Part shown: positions 37,501-46,264 of the stretch, piece after piece
Position numbering within the stretch: the first letter of the stretch is position 1
Layout of the letters: the number at the start of each line of letters is the position of its first letter
IMG/VR virus record: IMGVR_UViG_3300043652_000004
Location: 1 to 50,179 of that record
DNA from: a virus
Taxonomy: Duplodnaviria > Caudoviricetes
DNA: 50,179 nt
Strand: one strand, 5' to 3'
The notes under the pieces: generated by a model
Told to the model about the DNA's origin: nothing
Databases searched by the model: none
The model's input: only the letters and a program-made list of their open reading frames with translations
Position numbers and translations under genes: made by a program

Positions 37501-39116
37501 GGCTGTGCTCCTCCTACTGCTGGTGGCGCGCCTATGCCCGCGCCCGCTGCCGGGCTACCGCTCTTTAGCGACCAATCAAAGGCCGAGATATCTTCGTTTT
37601 TCAACAGTGGGTCGATGCACTTCAGGCCCGGTGTGGAGCAGTCGGTGTTACGGGTCTGCCAGACTATGTTGTTGGCGTACTGCACTAGCGCCTTGTTCGC
37701 CGGCGGGTCACCAAACCATGTGAAGCAGGCTTGGCCCTGTCCGTTATAAGCGGGCTTGCCGACGAAGATATTGTTGTTTATGTCGTAGACGTCGCTGGAG
37801 TCCACTGGCGGTCGCGGGTCGTCGCCACTACCATACTCCGGGTCGCCTTCTAATAGGCAGTTGCCTTCGCCTACTAGGGTATTCCAAGCGAATGTAATCT
37901 TCTCGTTCTTACCGGCGAAGTCCAGTACCTCACTACCCGTTGCGCGACACGGGTTCGGCGCGACTGGCATCGCAGTGCCCTTGTAGCGCGTGCAGCGGTT
38001 GATGAATACATTGCTGGTGATGCTGGCGTTGCCAGAAACTTTGAAGTCGTTGCCGACATTCCCATAGAACCAGCAATGATCAACCTTGACAGAGCCGGTA
38101 CCGTTTGCGTATAGCGTGTCGATGCCGTCGCTGGTGTTGCCATAGATTGCACAGCCAGTGCCGAGTGGGCGGGTACCCTGGAATATGTAGGTGCCACCTG
38201 TCCATGCAAGGCCGAATCCGTCACCGTAGCCGCCTTGGGTGCCGGCAGTTTCCTGATTAAAGCATCCAACCGCTACGGTACTGGGCGGGATTTCGCTGCA
38301 ACCGTTGTATTTGATTACCGGGTCAGTGAATATCGTGGTGCCGTCGCTGGTGCTGTTCTTGTTATTCCCGCCTAAGTCACCATTCCAGCCCGCGCTGCTG
38401 TTGTTACTCAGTACGATGTTCGGTACGTTTACTATGCCGTGGGTTCTACCGGCATTTATTCCTGTCACCAATCCGTGTACGAATAGTCTATCTAGCGTCG
38501 GGTTCGTGGCATCCTGTATGTGGATGCCTGTTTGCGCCCATGTGCCGACATCCTTACCCCAACTTCTACTACACGCCGTTATTCCTGGTACTGCGGGGCT
38601 GGGGCTGTAGCCGGGGATGCACGAGCTGTGATCGGTTATTTCGAGACACGACAGCTTTACGTTGCTGGTATTGTCGAGATTCAGTACCCACTGTGCACCC
38701 TCGGTGCCCCATAGCTGGGTCTGCTTGGTGCAGTCTCCCTGCATGGTCACGCCGCTGGGTAAGGGCTGGGGTACGCAGGCGTACTCGGCGGCGGGGTAGC
38801 AGATTTGTGGGTTGAGTGATGCGTTAGTAGCTGAGTACCCGATAAGGTACTGGCCCGCGCCGATGTGCAGAGTATCACCGGATTTGATGAGTGCCTTGGT
38901 AACGCCATTTGAAACACTGGGTGGAAATACCTGCATTGGGTTATTCCAGGCACAGTGCTTGCTGGAATTGATGCCGGTGTTCGTAGTGCCGTCGCATTGC
39001 GTGGCGGTGCCGCCGGTTGGTAGAATGTAGTAGTCTGTGGCGTGGACGTTCTGTACTAACAGTACGCCTAATGCGCTTGTTAGTGACAGCAGTAATGTCA
39101 GTATTCGTGGATTCAT
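37497..39116 (-). CDS. Signal-peptide-bearing right-handed beta-helix (pectin lyase-like) protein
   Basis: Sec-type signal ending VHA|TDYY; GDTLHIGAGQY, GDGFG, NTSDGID, NNNIFVG; 18 Cys. Confidence 0.8.
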   Translation of the reverse strand: MNPRILTLLLSLTSALGVLLVQNVHATDYYILPTGGTATQCDGTTNTGINSSKHCAWNNPMQVFPPSVSNGVTKALIKSGDTLHIGAGQYLIGYSATNASLNPQICYPAAEYACVPQPLPSGVTMQGDCTKQTQLWGTEGAQWVLNLDNTSNVKLSCLEITDHSSCIPGYSPSPAVPGITACSRSWGKDVGTWAQTGIHIQDATNPTLDRLFVHGLVTGINAGRTHGIVNVPNIVLSNNSSAGWNGDLGGNNKNSTSDGTTIFTDPVIKYNGCSEIPPSTVAVGCFNQETAGTQGGYGDGFGLAWTGGTYIFQGTRPLGTGCAIYGNTSDGIDTLYANGTGSVKVDHCWFYGNVGNDFKVSGNASITSNVFINRCTRYKGTAMPVAPNPCRATGSEVLDFAGKNEKITFAWNTLVGEGNCLLEGDPEYGSGDDPRPPVDSSDVYDINNNIFVGKPAYNGQGQACFTWFGDPPANKALVQYANNIVWQTRNTDCSTPGLKCIDPLLKNEDISAFDWSLKSGSPAAGAGIGAPPAVGGAQP

Positions 39117-39249
39117 GGTTTGCTCCTCTGGTGGTGAGTGTCATGGTGACTTTGTGCCACGGTGACTCTGGATTTGGGATTTTGGACTTCGTGTGTAAGG
39201 TACATGAGGCAGCTCGAAAGCGACGTACTTGGGCATATAGGGGTGACAC

Positions 39250-39350
39250 TTATGAACAGGATGTTAGCAGGATACCCACAGACTTATACACAGAGTTATG
39301 AACATTCTATACACAGAGTTACTAAGTTTCCTCACGCTGGGTTATGCACA
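39250..39350 (+). promoter_or_regulatory. Cluster of DnaA-box-like 9-mers
   Basis: TTATGAACA 39250, TTATACACA 39284, TTATGAACA 39296, CTATACACA 39307, TTATGCACA 39342 (consensus TTATNCACA). Confidence 0.65.
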
Positions 39351-39596
39351 AGTATGTTGTCACTATAATACAGTTATCTAAGCATTATCTTTTCCGATTA
39401 TAGTGCGCGACGTGCGTGGTGCATTGTTACGTTGCGCGAGGAGCATACGAAACGAAGGACACCACGCACGCGCGCGGGCGCATATACGCATAGCACGCAG
39501 CACAATGCAACGTTGCGCTATGCGGTCGAAGTGTGCTATTCGCGTGCGCAGCGCGAAGGTGACTGGTAACGTGGTGACTCGGTTATTTCGTAACGG

Positions 39597-39892
39597 GGCC
39601 AATGGGTTAGGCCAACATGTAGCAAATGCGAAACAACGAAATGTTGTAATGGGGCGGGTTTGGCGGTCTTGTTTCAGTATTTCAGTATTTCAGTATATTT
39701 ATAAAGGTATAGTAAGGTTGCAATTCCACTGGAATTAAGAATAATGGAATTTTGAATAGTAGAACTAATAACTATAGTTATATGCTTGGCGAACCTGAAA
39801 TAGTGTAATAGCGAAACAAAGACCAAAATAACCGCGCCACTATGCGGTTTCGCCGTTTCGCATTGTGCTCGCATTCGCCTAACCCATTGGCC
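39597..39892. repeat. ~300-bp imperfect inverted repeat enclosing an AT-rich core
   Basis: Perfect 16-bp outer arms GGCCAATGGGTTAGGC / GCCTAACCCATTGGCC plus further matching inner blocks. Confidence 0.8.
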
Positions 39893-40037
39893 AGCTTAAC
39901 AATTTTACAAAAAACTAGGGACATCGACCTAACCCATTGTTTTTTCTAACTTTTCGGCCGATTATTTTTGTTCCATCAGATGACCGCCGCGAAAATTGTG
40001 TAGCAACTCGACCCATGCGGGCCCAAATTGTTCCAAA

Positions 40038-40094
40038 AACGTTACAATGTAACATCGCCGCGCATACCCAAAGCGCCAACGTTACAATGTAACA
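40038..40094. promoter_or_regulatory. Two palindromic operator-like sites
   Basis: AACGTTACAATGTAACA twice, 40 bp apart; core GTTACA-A-TGTAAC. Confidence 0.65.
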
Positions 40095-40272
40095 AAACAC
40101 CAGAATTTGGAACAAATATTGCAACGCACGCGCGCCCGGTTCGCTTACCGGCCCCCATTGTACGAACCTTAACCGCAGTTAAACAGCCTTGCACCTAGCC
40201 AGTTGCAGGGGACCAAAACCTGTTATGCTTCGTGCCGCTGGAAATTCCCAGCCCAATGCGAGGCATACGAAA

Positions 40273-40695
40273 ATGGCAAAGCAGGCGAAAAACGCGAAGG
40301 CCGCTAAAGGCGCGACGAAGCAAGCAAGCACGGGTCGCAAGGTCGCCAAGTTGCAAAAGCCCGCCACGAAGTCGGCACAGTCGTCGCAGCAGGGCAAGGC
40401 GCGCAAGGCACCGGCCACGAAGCAAGCAAAGCGTGCACGCTCGGCGCAAGCCGGCACGATGCAATACAACCCGGCCAACGTAGCCGCACGCGAAGCACGC
40501 GCTGCGACGAAGGCGAAGCACGGGTATGCAAGCATTGCCGATGCGCTGCCCGACCTACGCAAGCTGCTGGTGAAGGGCGGCGTTACCGTCGATGGTGCGC
40601 GCGACACGCTGGGGTTGTGCCGCAAGTCGGTGCGCAAACTACTTGCCGAAGCGAAGGCCAAACGCGGCGACGACGGCACGTATAGCGCCAAGTAG
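40273..40695 (+). CDS. Lys/Ala-rich histone-H1-like DNA-binding protein with possible C-terminal HTH
   Basis: AKxAK/PATK repeats; TVDGARDTLGLCRKSVRKLL; GAGG RBS; terminator follows. Confidence 0.7.
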   Translation: MAKQAKNAKAAKGATKQASTGRKVAKLQKPATKSAQSSQQGKARKAPATKQAKRARSAQAGTMQYNPANVAAREARAATKAKHGYASIADALPDLRKLLVKGGVTVDGARDTLGLCRKSVRKLLAEAKAKRGDDGTYSAK

Positions 40696-40723
40696 CCCAC
40701 CCATGCAGCACGCACCATTAGTA

Positions 40724-40757
40724 CCGGCCCGGCTATCGTAGCGGGCCGGCTTTGTTT
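40724..40757 (+). terminator. Intrinsic terminator
   Basis: CCGGCCC(G)GCTA-TCG-TAGCGGGCCGG followed by CTTTGTTT. Confidence 0.7.
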
Positions 40758-40822
40758 GCCTAGGCAACAAAACACGCGGCCCGGCGCGCAACCGTGCAAC
40801 CCCACGAAACGAGGCAACGACA

Positions 40823-41182
40823 ATGCAATACGAAAGCACACTGCAATACGATGCGCTGCTCGCGTGCACGCCACGCACCGATGCAACATTCGCGCATCGC
40901 GCAGCATGGCAGGCATTCGACACTGCGACCCGCCACGCCGATGCGACCTTGCGCGAAGCGCTGGCGATTGCCGACTACAATGCACCGAGCGGCATCGCCT
41001 ATCGGCACCTATGCAACGTCGCGCACGCGCACCATCGCAGCGCCATGTTCGCGGCCATAAATACGCTGCGCTGCACGCTCGCCGCAATCGAGCGGGCTGC
41101 ACGCTTGGCCGCTGCATCGCCAATGCCGACCGCTTGCAAGGTTGTGCGGCACGGCACCAGCATCGGTTTGTCGCACCGGTAA
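40823..41182 (+). CDS. Hypothetical protein (probable early gene)
   Basis: GAGG RBS spaced as for the preceding gene; terminator downstream. Confidence 0.55.
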   Translation: MQYESTLQYDALLACTPRTDATFAHRAAWQAFDTATRHADATLREALAIADYNAPSGIAYRHLCNVAHAHHRSAMFAAINTLRCTLAAIERAARLAAASPMPTACKVVRHGTSIGLSHR

Positions 41183-41250
41183 TGGCCGCGATCGAGCGCC
41201 ACCCAAGGCCGGGCCGCGAGCTTTAGCGCGACCCATCGGCAACGGTACCC

Positions 41251-41280
41251 AAGCCCGCCGCAATGGCGGGCTTTTCGTTT
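41251..41280 (+). terminator. Intrinsic terminator
   Basis: AAGCCCGCC-GCAAT-GGCGGGCTT followed by TTCGTTT. Confidence 0.8.
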
Positions 41281-41435
41281 GCAGCGCCTAAGCTTGCACG
41301 TGCGCCTGCCTGGTATCGAAGCCGCACCAATGCCCGCCGAACCGGCGCGCGGCCCATAGCGGCGAGCCTGTGCAGCCTATAGCCAAGGCCCGGCGCCACG
41401 ATGCCCGCCAAGCTTTACCATTTGCGCCACAAGCG

Positions 41436-41460
41436 CCGCGCGGGCCGAGTCGCTAGGGTA
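41436..41460. repeat. 25-bp dispersed intergenic repeat (copy 2)
   Basis: CCGCGCGGGCCGAGTCGCTAGGGTA. Confidence 0.85.
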
Positions 41461-41750
41461 GGCTAGGCCAATGCCGCGACGAGCGCCTGCACGAGCTGGC
41501 GAAGCCTGCCACTGGGGCGGGCATCGCCACTAGGCCGCGCCGACCGGGCCGCGACGCCATACGCCACCGTATAGCCCTGCACCTATACTCTTTCGTATCG
41601 TTGCATCGCAGCAAGACTAGTGGGTGAGAACAGACTTTGCGGGCCAAGTACAGCGCAAGTCACATAATACCAGCATTCCTATTTCGCCGGGCCATGTATG
41701 CGAGCGGGTTGTGTATCGTCTTGGCGTGTATCGACGTTGTACTTTATAAC

Positions 41751-42095
41751 TCAATTCTTTGGCGTGTATCCACAACCTTTGCATGTCGCGCACGTTGTGT
41801 AGCCGATAACACGGAACTTGCGCTGTTTAACGTGTGCGCCTTGGCCACTGCACGCATTGCATATATCCCCATAGATATCGAGCTCTACAAATAGCTTGCG
41901 GCGCAAATCAAGCTGCGACAACATTCTGTAGGCCAACGCCAGTCGTGCAAACGCATGTGTATCGCCCCCACGGTCGGGATGCGCTTGCGCTGCGGCACGT
42001 TTCCATGCCGCCTTTATATCTTCGAAGCTGCTTTGTGTATTGCAGCCCAACAACTCAAACACTTCGAACACCGTTACTAGCGGTTGTGTATTCAT
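41751..42095 (-). CDS. Mini DnaJ-domain protein with zinc finger
   Basis: EDIKAAWKR..AQAHPDRGG; CNACSGQG and CATCKGCG. Confidence 0.85.
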   Translation of the reverse strand: MNTQPLVTVFEVFELLGCNTQSSFEDIKAAWKRAAAQAHPDRGGDTHAFARLALAYRMLSQLDLRRKLFVELDIYGDICNACSGQGAHVKQRKFRVIGYTTCATCKGCGYTPKN

Positions 42096-44191
42096 CTCTG
42101 CTTAACTCCCATTCTACGCATGTTTCTTGCACGCTCGTTATCGTAGTGCGCCGCCAGCTCGCGCAACGACATATTTTCCAGCCCCTTTATGGGCCTTATC
42201 GACCACAGTCTGTGCTGGCCATCTGCCGTACGTATTGGCATACCATCACCCACTTTGGCGAAGCCCTGCCTTGTAAGTTCTCGCGACAGGCCATTCACCG
42301 TTACCTTGGTGCTCTTGCCATTTTCGTATAGTACCAACAGGTCCTCACTCCGCCATAAGGCGAACGGCGCCACATGGCCGTCTACCGATAAGGCTCCATC
42401 GGGGTTTTCCTTTAGCTGGCTTACCCAATACGCCAGGTCACTACGTCCTGCGTCCATCATATCCCGCTTGCTTTTGGTCATCATCGCCCGGCCACTTGGG
42501 TTAAAATCGCCAAGGTCGAGCGTAAGTAAGTGGTGGAACAGCGCGGGTATGCCCGGCCCTACTGTTAGCTTGGGTCCCATCCAAGGCTCGTATACTCCAC
42601 TGTACCAAGGTTCGGGCAGCGCAGGCGCGCGGACTTCGTGAATAAAGTAGCGGCGGTCGTTGTCTTCGAGGAAGAACGAGTCGGGATGGTTGCTCGTAAA
42701 GTAGTAGTTGATAACGTCGGGCACGGTGTAGGCGGGGATGAACTTGGGGTTGAGCCTTAGCAACTGTCTTGTTATCATTGACTTCATTTTGTCCGACATA
42801 CCCCGCTTGTCGCCAGTGGTTATTTCGTCCCCCATTATGAATTGTTTGTTCTCGGCCCACTCGTTGTGCACCTGCTTTAGTTCTTCGTCGCCAATTTCCG
42901 TAGCGTTGCGGCCGTATATCTTCATCAACGTGTAGCCTATTAAGCTCTTGCCCGTGCCTTGGGCCAGCCCCCATATTACCGCGCTGCTGTACAGCTTTAC
43001 TCCTGGGTGCTGCAATGGGTAGGCACACCAACGTTCGAACCAGAGTCTGCTGTCAGGTTCTTTGTGGAATATCATGTCGAGCAGCATATTCCATGGTGTT
43101 ATGTCGCCCGGCACCGGTTCGCAGCCCCAGCCCGGCCAAATGTTCAACTCGCGCTTTTCTGTAACCTTCGGCTCGCCCGGCGCGTAGGTTATGCGCGGCA
43201 CTTCGGCTCTGCTCGGCCATTGTATCCATTCCTTCGGTGCGCTCTTGCGGGTTTTTACCGTACCCTTCTTACTCTGTGTTTCCTCTACAAACGTGCGTGT
43301 GCTGAATGCATGGTCGGTAAATGCGCGCGGCGACATGCGCTGCATATTGTCCATGCGGAATATAAGACCGGGGTCGCGTACATACACGACATCTTCATTT
43401 AGCCTGTGCAGTTCTTTCGCGTTCGCCCATATTTCTGCTTCTTCGAGCAGGCGTTCTAACGACGGTACACCCTTCTTTACTATGTAGTCGTCCAGACCCA
43501 TCTTCTCATCTTCGTCCATCGGCAGCCTTACGATGTGTGGCTCTGCACCACGTTCCGTTAATGCCTTTGCCAAAGCATTCTCTGCCTGCATTACCATCGG
43601 ATTGGTAACAGCGTCGCTGTCGTACACAATGAATACCGGTCGTTGCTCCCATTTAAAGTCGTCGAACGCGGGCAACATGTCCATCTTTCTTTTACCTGCG
43701 CGCCAGCTCCATACACCACCCAAGCCCACGCACGCATATTCTGTATTAAGGCACGCCGACGCGGCCTTGAACTCGCCTTCGGTAATGAGTATCGGCAGCA
43801 ACTGTTCCTCAGCTACTTGTTCCCAATCAATTACCGGGGGTAGGTACAGCTCATTCAAACTGTTCGGTGGTTGACTGTACTTAACCGGCTTTTTGTCTAT
43901 TAACGCAGAGAATCCGGTACGTGGGGGCTGACGCAGATAGCGGTATCGCTGGAACTTCGTAAGGTTGCCGGTGATGGAAAAGTACGGAATAACAATGCCC
44001 GGCTGGTCGATGGCCACCCATGCGGGCGGCTGCTTTACTGGCTGTAACTGCAACGTTGCTCCTTCTTTCTTAGGTATACCACTTTCCGCCAGCTTCGCTT
44101 CGTAGGCCGCTAGCAGGTCGAACCCGTTTGCGTGCGGCACCGTTGTATCTGTCTTGTGCGGCTTCCCTGCCGCCTTCTTTTGCTTGCCCAT
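42092..44191 (-). CDS. Primase-helicase (DUF3854/Toprim-like + DUF5906-like helicase)
   Basis: ITEGEFKA, GLGGVWSW, IVYDSD, GLDDY; Walker A QGTGKS; FTSNH, DRRY. Confidence 0.88.
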   Translation of the reverse strand: MGKQKKAAGKPHKTDTTVPHANGFDLLAAYEAKLAESGIPKKEGATLQLQPVKQPPAWVAIDQPGIVIPYFSITGNLTKFQRYRYLRQPPRTGFSALIDKKPVKYSQPPNSLNELYLPPVIDWEQVAEEQLLPILITEGEFKAASACLNTEYACVGLGGVWSWRAGKRKMDMLPAFDDFKWEQRPVFIVYDSDAVTNPMVMQAENALAKALTERGAEPHIVRLPMDEDEKMGLDDYIVKKGVPSLERLLEEAEIWANAKELHRLNEDVVYVRDPGLIFRMDNMQRMSPRAFTDHAFSTRTFVEETQSKKGTVKTRKSAPKEWIQWPSRAEVPRITYAPGEPKVTEKRELNIWPGWGCEPVPGDITPWNMLLDMIFHKEPDSRLWFERWCAYPLQHPGVKLYSSAVIWGLAQGTGKSLIGYTLMKIYGRNATEIGDEELKQVHNEWAENKQFIMGDEITTGDKRGMSDKMKSMITRQLLRLNPKFIPAYTVPDVINYYFTSNHPDSFFLEDNDRRYFIHEVRAPALPEPWYSGVYEPWMGPKLTVGPGIPALFHHLLTLDLGDFNPSGRAMMTKSKRDMMDAGRSDLAYWVSQLKENPDGALSVDGHVAPFALWRSEDLLVLYENGKSTKVTVNGLSRELTRQGFAKVGDGMPIRTADGQHRLWSIRPIKGLENMSLRELAAHYDNERARNMRRMGVKQR

Positions 44192-44206
44192 TGCCCTGCT
44201 CCCACG

Positions 44207-44656
44207 TTAATCCTGGTTTACATATCCTGCGCCTGCCTTGTGGGCCTGCTCCTGTTGTTCTTGCTTTCGCTGCTTTTCGACAAGTGTGTCCAGCTTTTCT
44301 CCGATCAGGTTTAAACTCCCATTACCTAGCCACTCCGACACGCTGGCGATAATCGACGTCTGCTGTTCGTCTAGCTTGTAGTTACGCACAAACCCGGCAA
44401 AGTCGAAGGGCTTGCGGCGGCAACGACCCAGTGGAGTAGCCCAGCCTTCGTTGTATACTTCCTTCAACTTCTCTACAAAGTGCCGGGCCTTGAGTAAATC
44501 CTGCAATGGCGTGCCTTTTGTCTTGTATCTTAAAACGTACTTTGTAATAGCTCCTTCTAAATACCGATTCTGCAACTGCCGCACTACGAAGTCCCAATGC
44601 TGCACTTGCGCCCCCTTGTAGTGCTCGCCACCTATCTGCATTTCATTCGCGTTCAT
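44207..44656 (-). CDS. DUF3310-like protein (putative nucleotide kinase family)
   Basis: QIGGEHYK...QHWD...YLEG.ITKY..RYK.K....DL.KA.H. Confidence 0.8.
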   Translation of the reverse strand: MNANEMQIGGEHYKGAQVQHWDFVVRQLQNRYLEGAITKYVLRYKTKGTPLQDLLKARHFVEKLKEVYNEGWATPLGRCRRKPFDFAGFVRNYKLDEQQTSIIASVSEWLGNGSLNLIGEKLDTLVEKQRKQEQQEQAHKAGAGYVNQD

Positions 44657-45213
44657 CTTTGTGCTTCCTTCCAGTTCTGGTGCAGTTGGTTGAATACGTT
44701 ACGCATACGTGCGGAGCTACCTATATTTTCTACAGCGTTGCTATGATTGTTAATCAAGTCATCCATGTAGCTCAAGTAGGTTATCGCTACTCTGCGCAAT
44801 CCTTTGTTGCCGCGCAGCAGCTCTTCCGTGCAGTAAATCAACCCGTCGGCGCTGTCTGCGAAGTGCAACCACGCATCTTCGTACAGGGTTAAGGTCTGCA
44901 GTAGGTCATGGTCGGCCAGCATTTCTAGCTCCATGGTGTTTATACTACTGCGAACTTCCCTACCCATTCTGCGCTTCGTGGGCGCGGGTATGTCCCCTAT
45001 TTCGCATTCCGGCAGGTCGTGTGCCAGTGCCGCCGCCAAAAGTTCTACACGCAGCGGTCCCAACACGTCTCTAGGCCACGTCGCAACAAGCAACAACGCC
45101 ACGCCCGCCGAATGCTGCCCCACCGTCTCGCGCACGTTTACTGCCTTGCCGTGGTAGCGCACTACGGCCAAGCCCGCCCGTATAAACGAAAGTATCTCGT
45201 TAAACGTCTTCAT
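44653..45213 (-). CDS. HD-domain nucleotidase (YfbR-like)
   Basis: RYH...ETVGQHS, ALAHDLPE..IGDIPAP.K, AD..D. Confidence 0.88.
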   Translation of the reverse strand: MKTFNEILSFIRAGLAVVRYHGKAVNVRETVGQHSAGVALLLVATWPRDVLGPLRVELLAAALAHDLPECEIGDIPAPTKRRMGREVRSSINTMELEMLADHDLLQTLTLYEDAWLHFADSADGLIYCTEELLRGNKGLRRVAITYLSYMDDLINNHSNAVENIGSSARMRNVFNQLHQNWKEAQR

Positions 45214-46247
45214 CGCTTTGCTCCTCCATAGTTGTGGTCTAGCCAAAACTTCATGGCCCAACGCCAGTCTGCCGCTTCGATGCGGCTCGCCTCGGCCTGC
45301 GCTGCGCCGTAATCTGTCTTGCGAAGTTCCCACGCACGCAGCATGGGGAACACCGTGTCGTGGAAGAAACGTAGCTTGATGTACTTGTGATAATTATACG
45401 ATGGAATGGTGAACAGCGCCGCGCAATCCCCACGAAACTGCTCATGGTCATCCATGGAATCGTATAGGGTCGGGGCGGCTTCTACGTTTTGGCTGTACGG
45501 GTTAAAGTCCAACTGCTTCGCTGTGTTCCTCGCCAGCTCGTTGCTAACAATGTCGGTGTATAGATGCAGGTCATTGCTCATCTGGCAGTACCAGCCCATT
45601 CCCACGCCTATGGCCAGCGCCATATATTCCTGCAACATACTCATATGCACCGCGTTCGCGCCGTAGCAGCCCCACCAGATATCGTTACTTCTACAACACA
45701 CAGTCATATTCAATTTGTCGTCGCGGCGGTCGAAGTAGATGTGCGTGTTGCACGGTACGTCCTTGCCGCCGTGGGTGGCCACGTACAGATCGGGATAGTA
45801 ATCACTGGCATCTCCATAGGTGTGCATGGCATTCCACATTGCCAGCACACAACGACGACTCTGTGGGTTTGCCTTCAACTCGTCGATAATCCAATCGAGC
45901 TGGTCGTAGCCGAAAAAGTTCCGCCATCTGTACCCGTACGCGCCCCACAAGGCTACTCCGTCATCGCTAAACTCTTTCATGCGCTTTACGTACTTGGTGA
46001 TATGGCTAACCCCGTTGAACCCTGCAAGCATCCACAGGCTTTCAACAAGGTGAAACACCGGGTTTGCATTGCGATGTTGCGGCGCCCCGATAACACGTTC
46101 CCAAGGATGGGTATACGTGGTAGCAACGGGTTCGTTGAATGCCATGACTTTGCCATTGCGACTGTCGCGCAGCGTGCCGCATTGGTCCAGCTTTTGCAGT
46201 GCTCTGCGCAGCCCTTCGTTTACGTTGCGGGCTTGTATGCTAATCAT
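45210..46247 (-). CDS. Thymidylate-synthase-family dUMP hydroxymethylase-like protein
   Basis: SRNG, ANPVFHL.E.LWMLAG, GAYGYRWR, KDVPCN, RSNDIWWG.YGAN (Asn indicates dUMP specificity), LHLY. Confidence 0.88.
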   Translation of the reverse strand: MISIQARNVNEGLRRALQKLDQCGTLRDSRNGKVMAFNEPVATTYTHPWERVIGAPQHRNANPVFHLVESLWMLAGFNGVSHITKYVKRMKEFSDDGVALWGAYGYRWRNFFGYDQLDWIIDELKANPQSRRCVLAMWNAMHTYGDASDYYPDLYVATHGGKDVPCNTHIYFDRRDDKLNMTVCCRSNDIWWGCYGANAVHMSMLQEYMALAIGVGMGWYCQMSNDLHLYTDIVSNELARNTAKQLDFNPYSQNVEAAPTLYDSMDDHEQFRGDCAALFTIPSYNYHKYIKLRFFHDTVFPMLRAWELRKTDYGAAQAEASRIEAADWRWAMKFWLDHNYGGAKR

Positions 46248-46264
46248 GCTCCTCGCTCCTCTGG

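Noticed and set aside
11422-38815. Numerous plus-strand ORFs in the track, including Pro/Ala-rich ones opposite the Gly-rich domains
   Set aside because: They are antisense shadows of well-supported minus-strand genes with no recognisable motifs
39378-41647. Minus-strand ORFs in the control region, such as 40179..41123 (314 aa)
   Set aside because: Arg/Cys/Ala-rich low-information translations that overlap better-supported plus-strand genes and repeats
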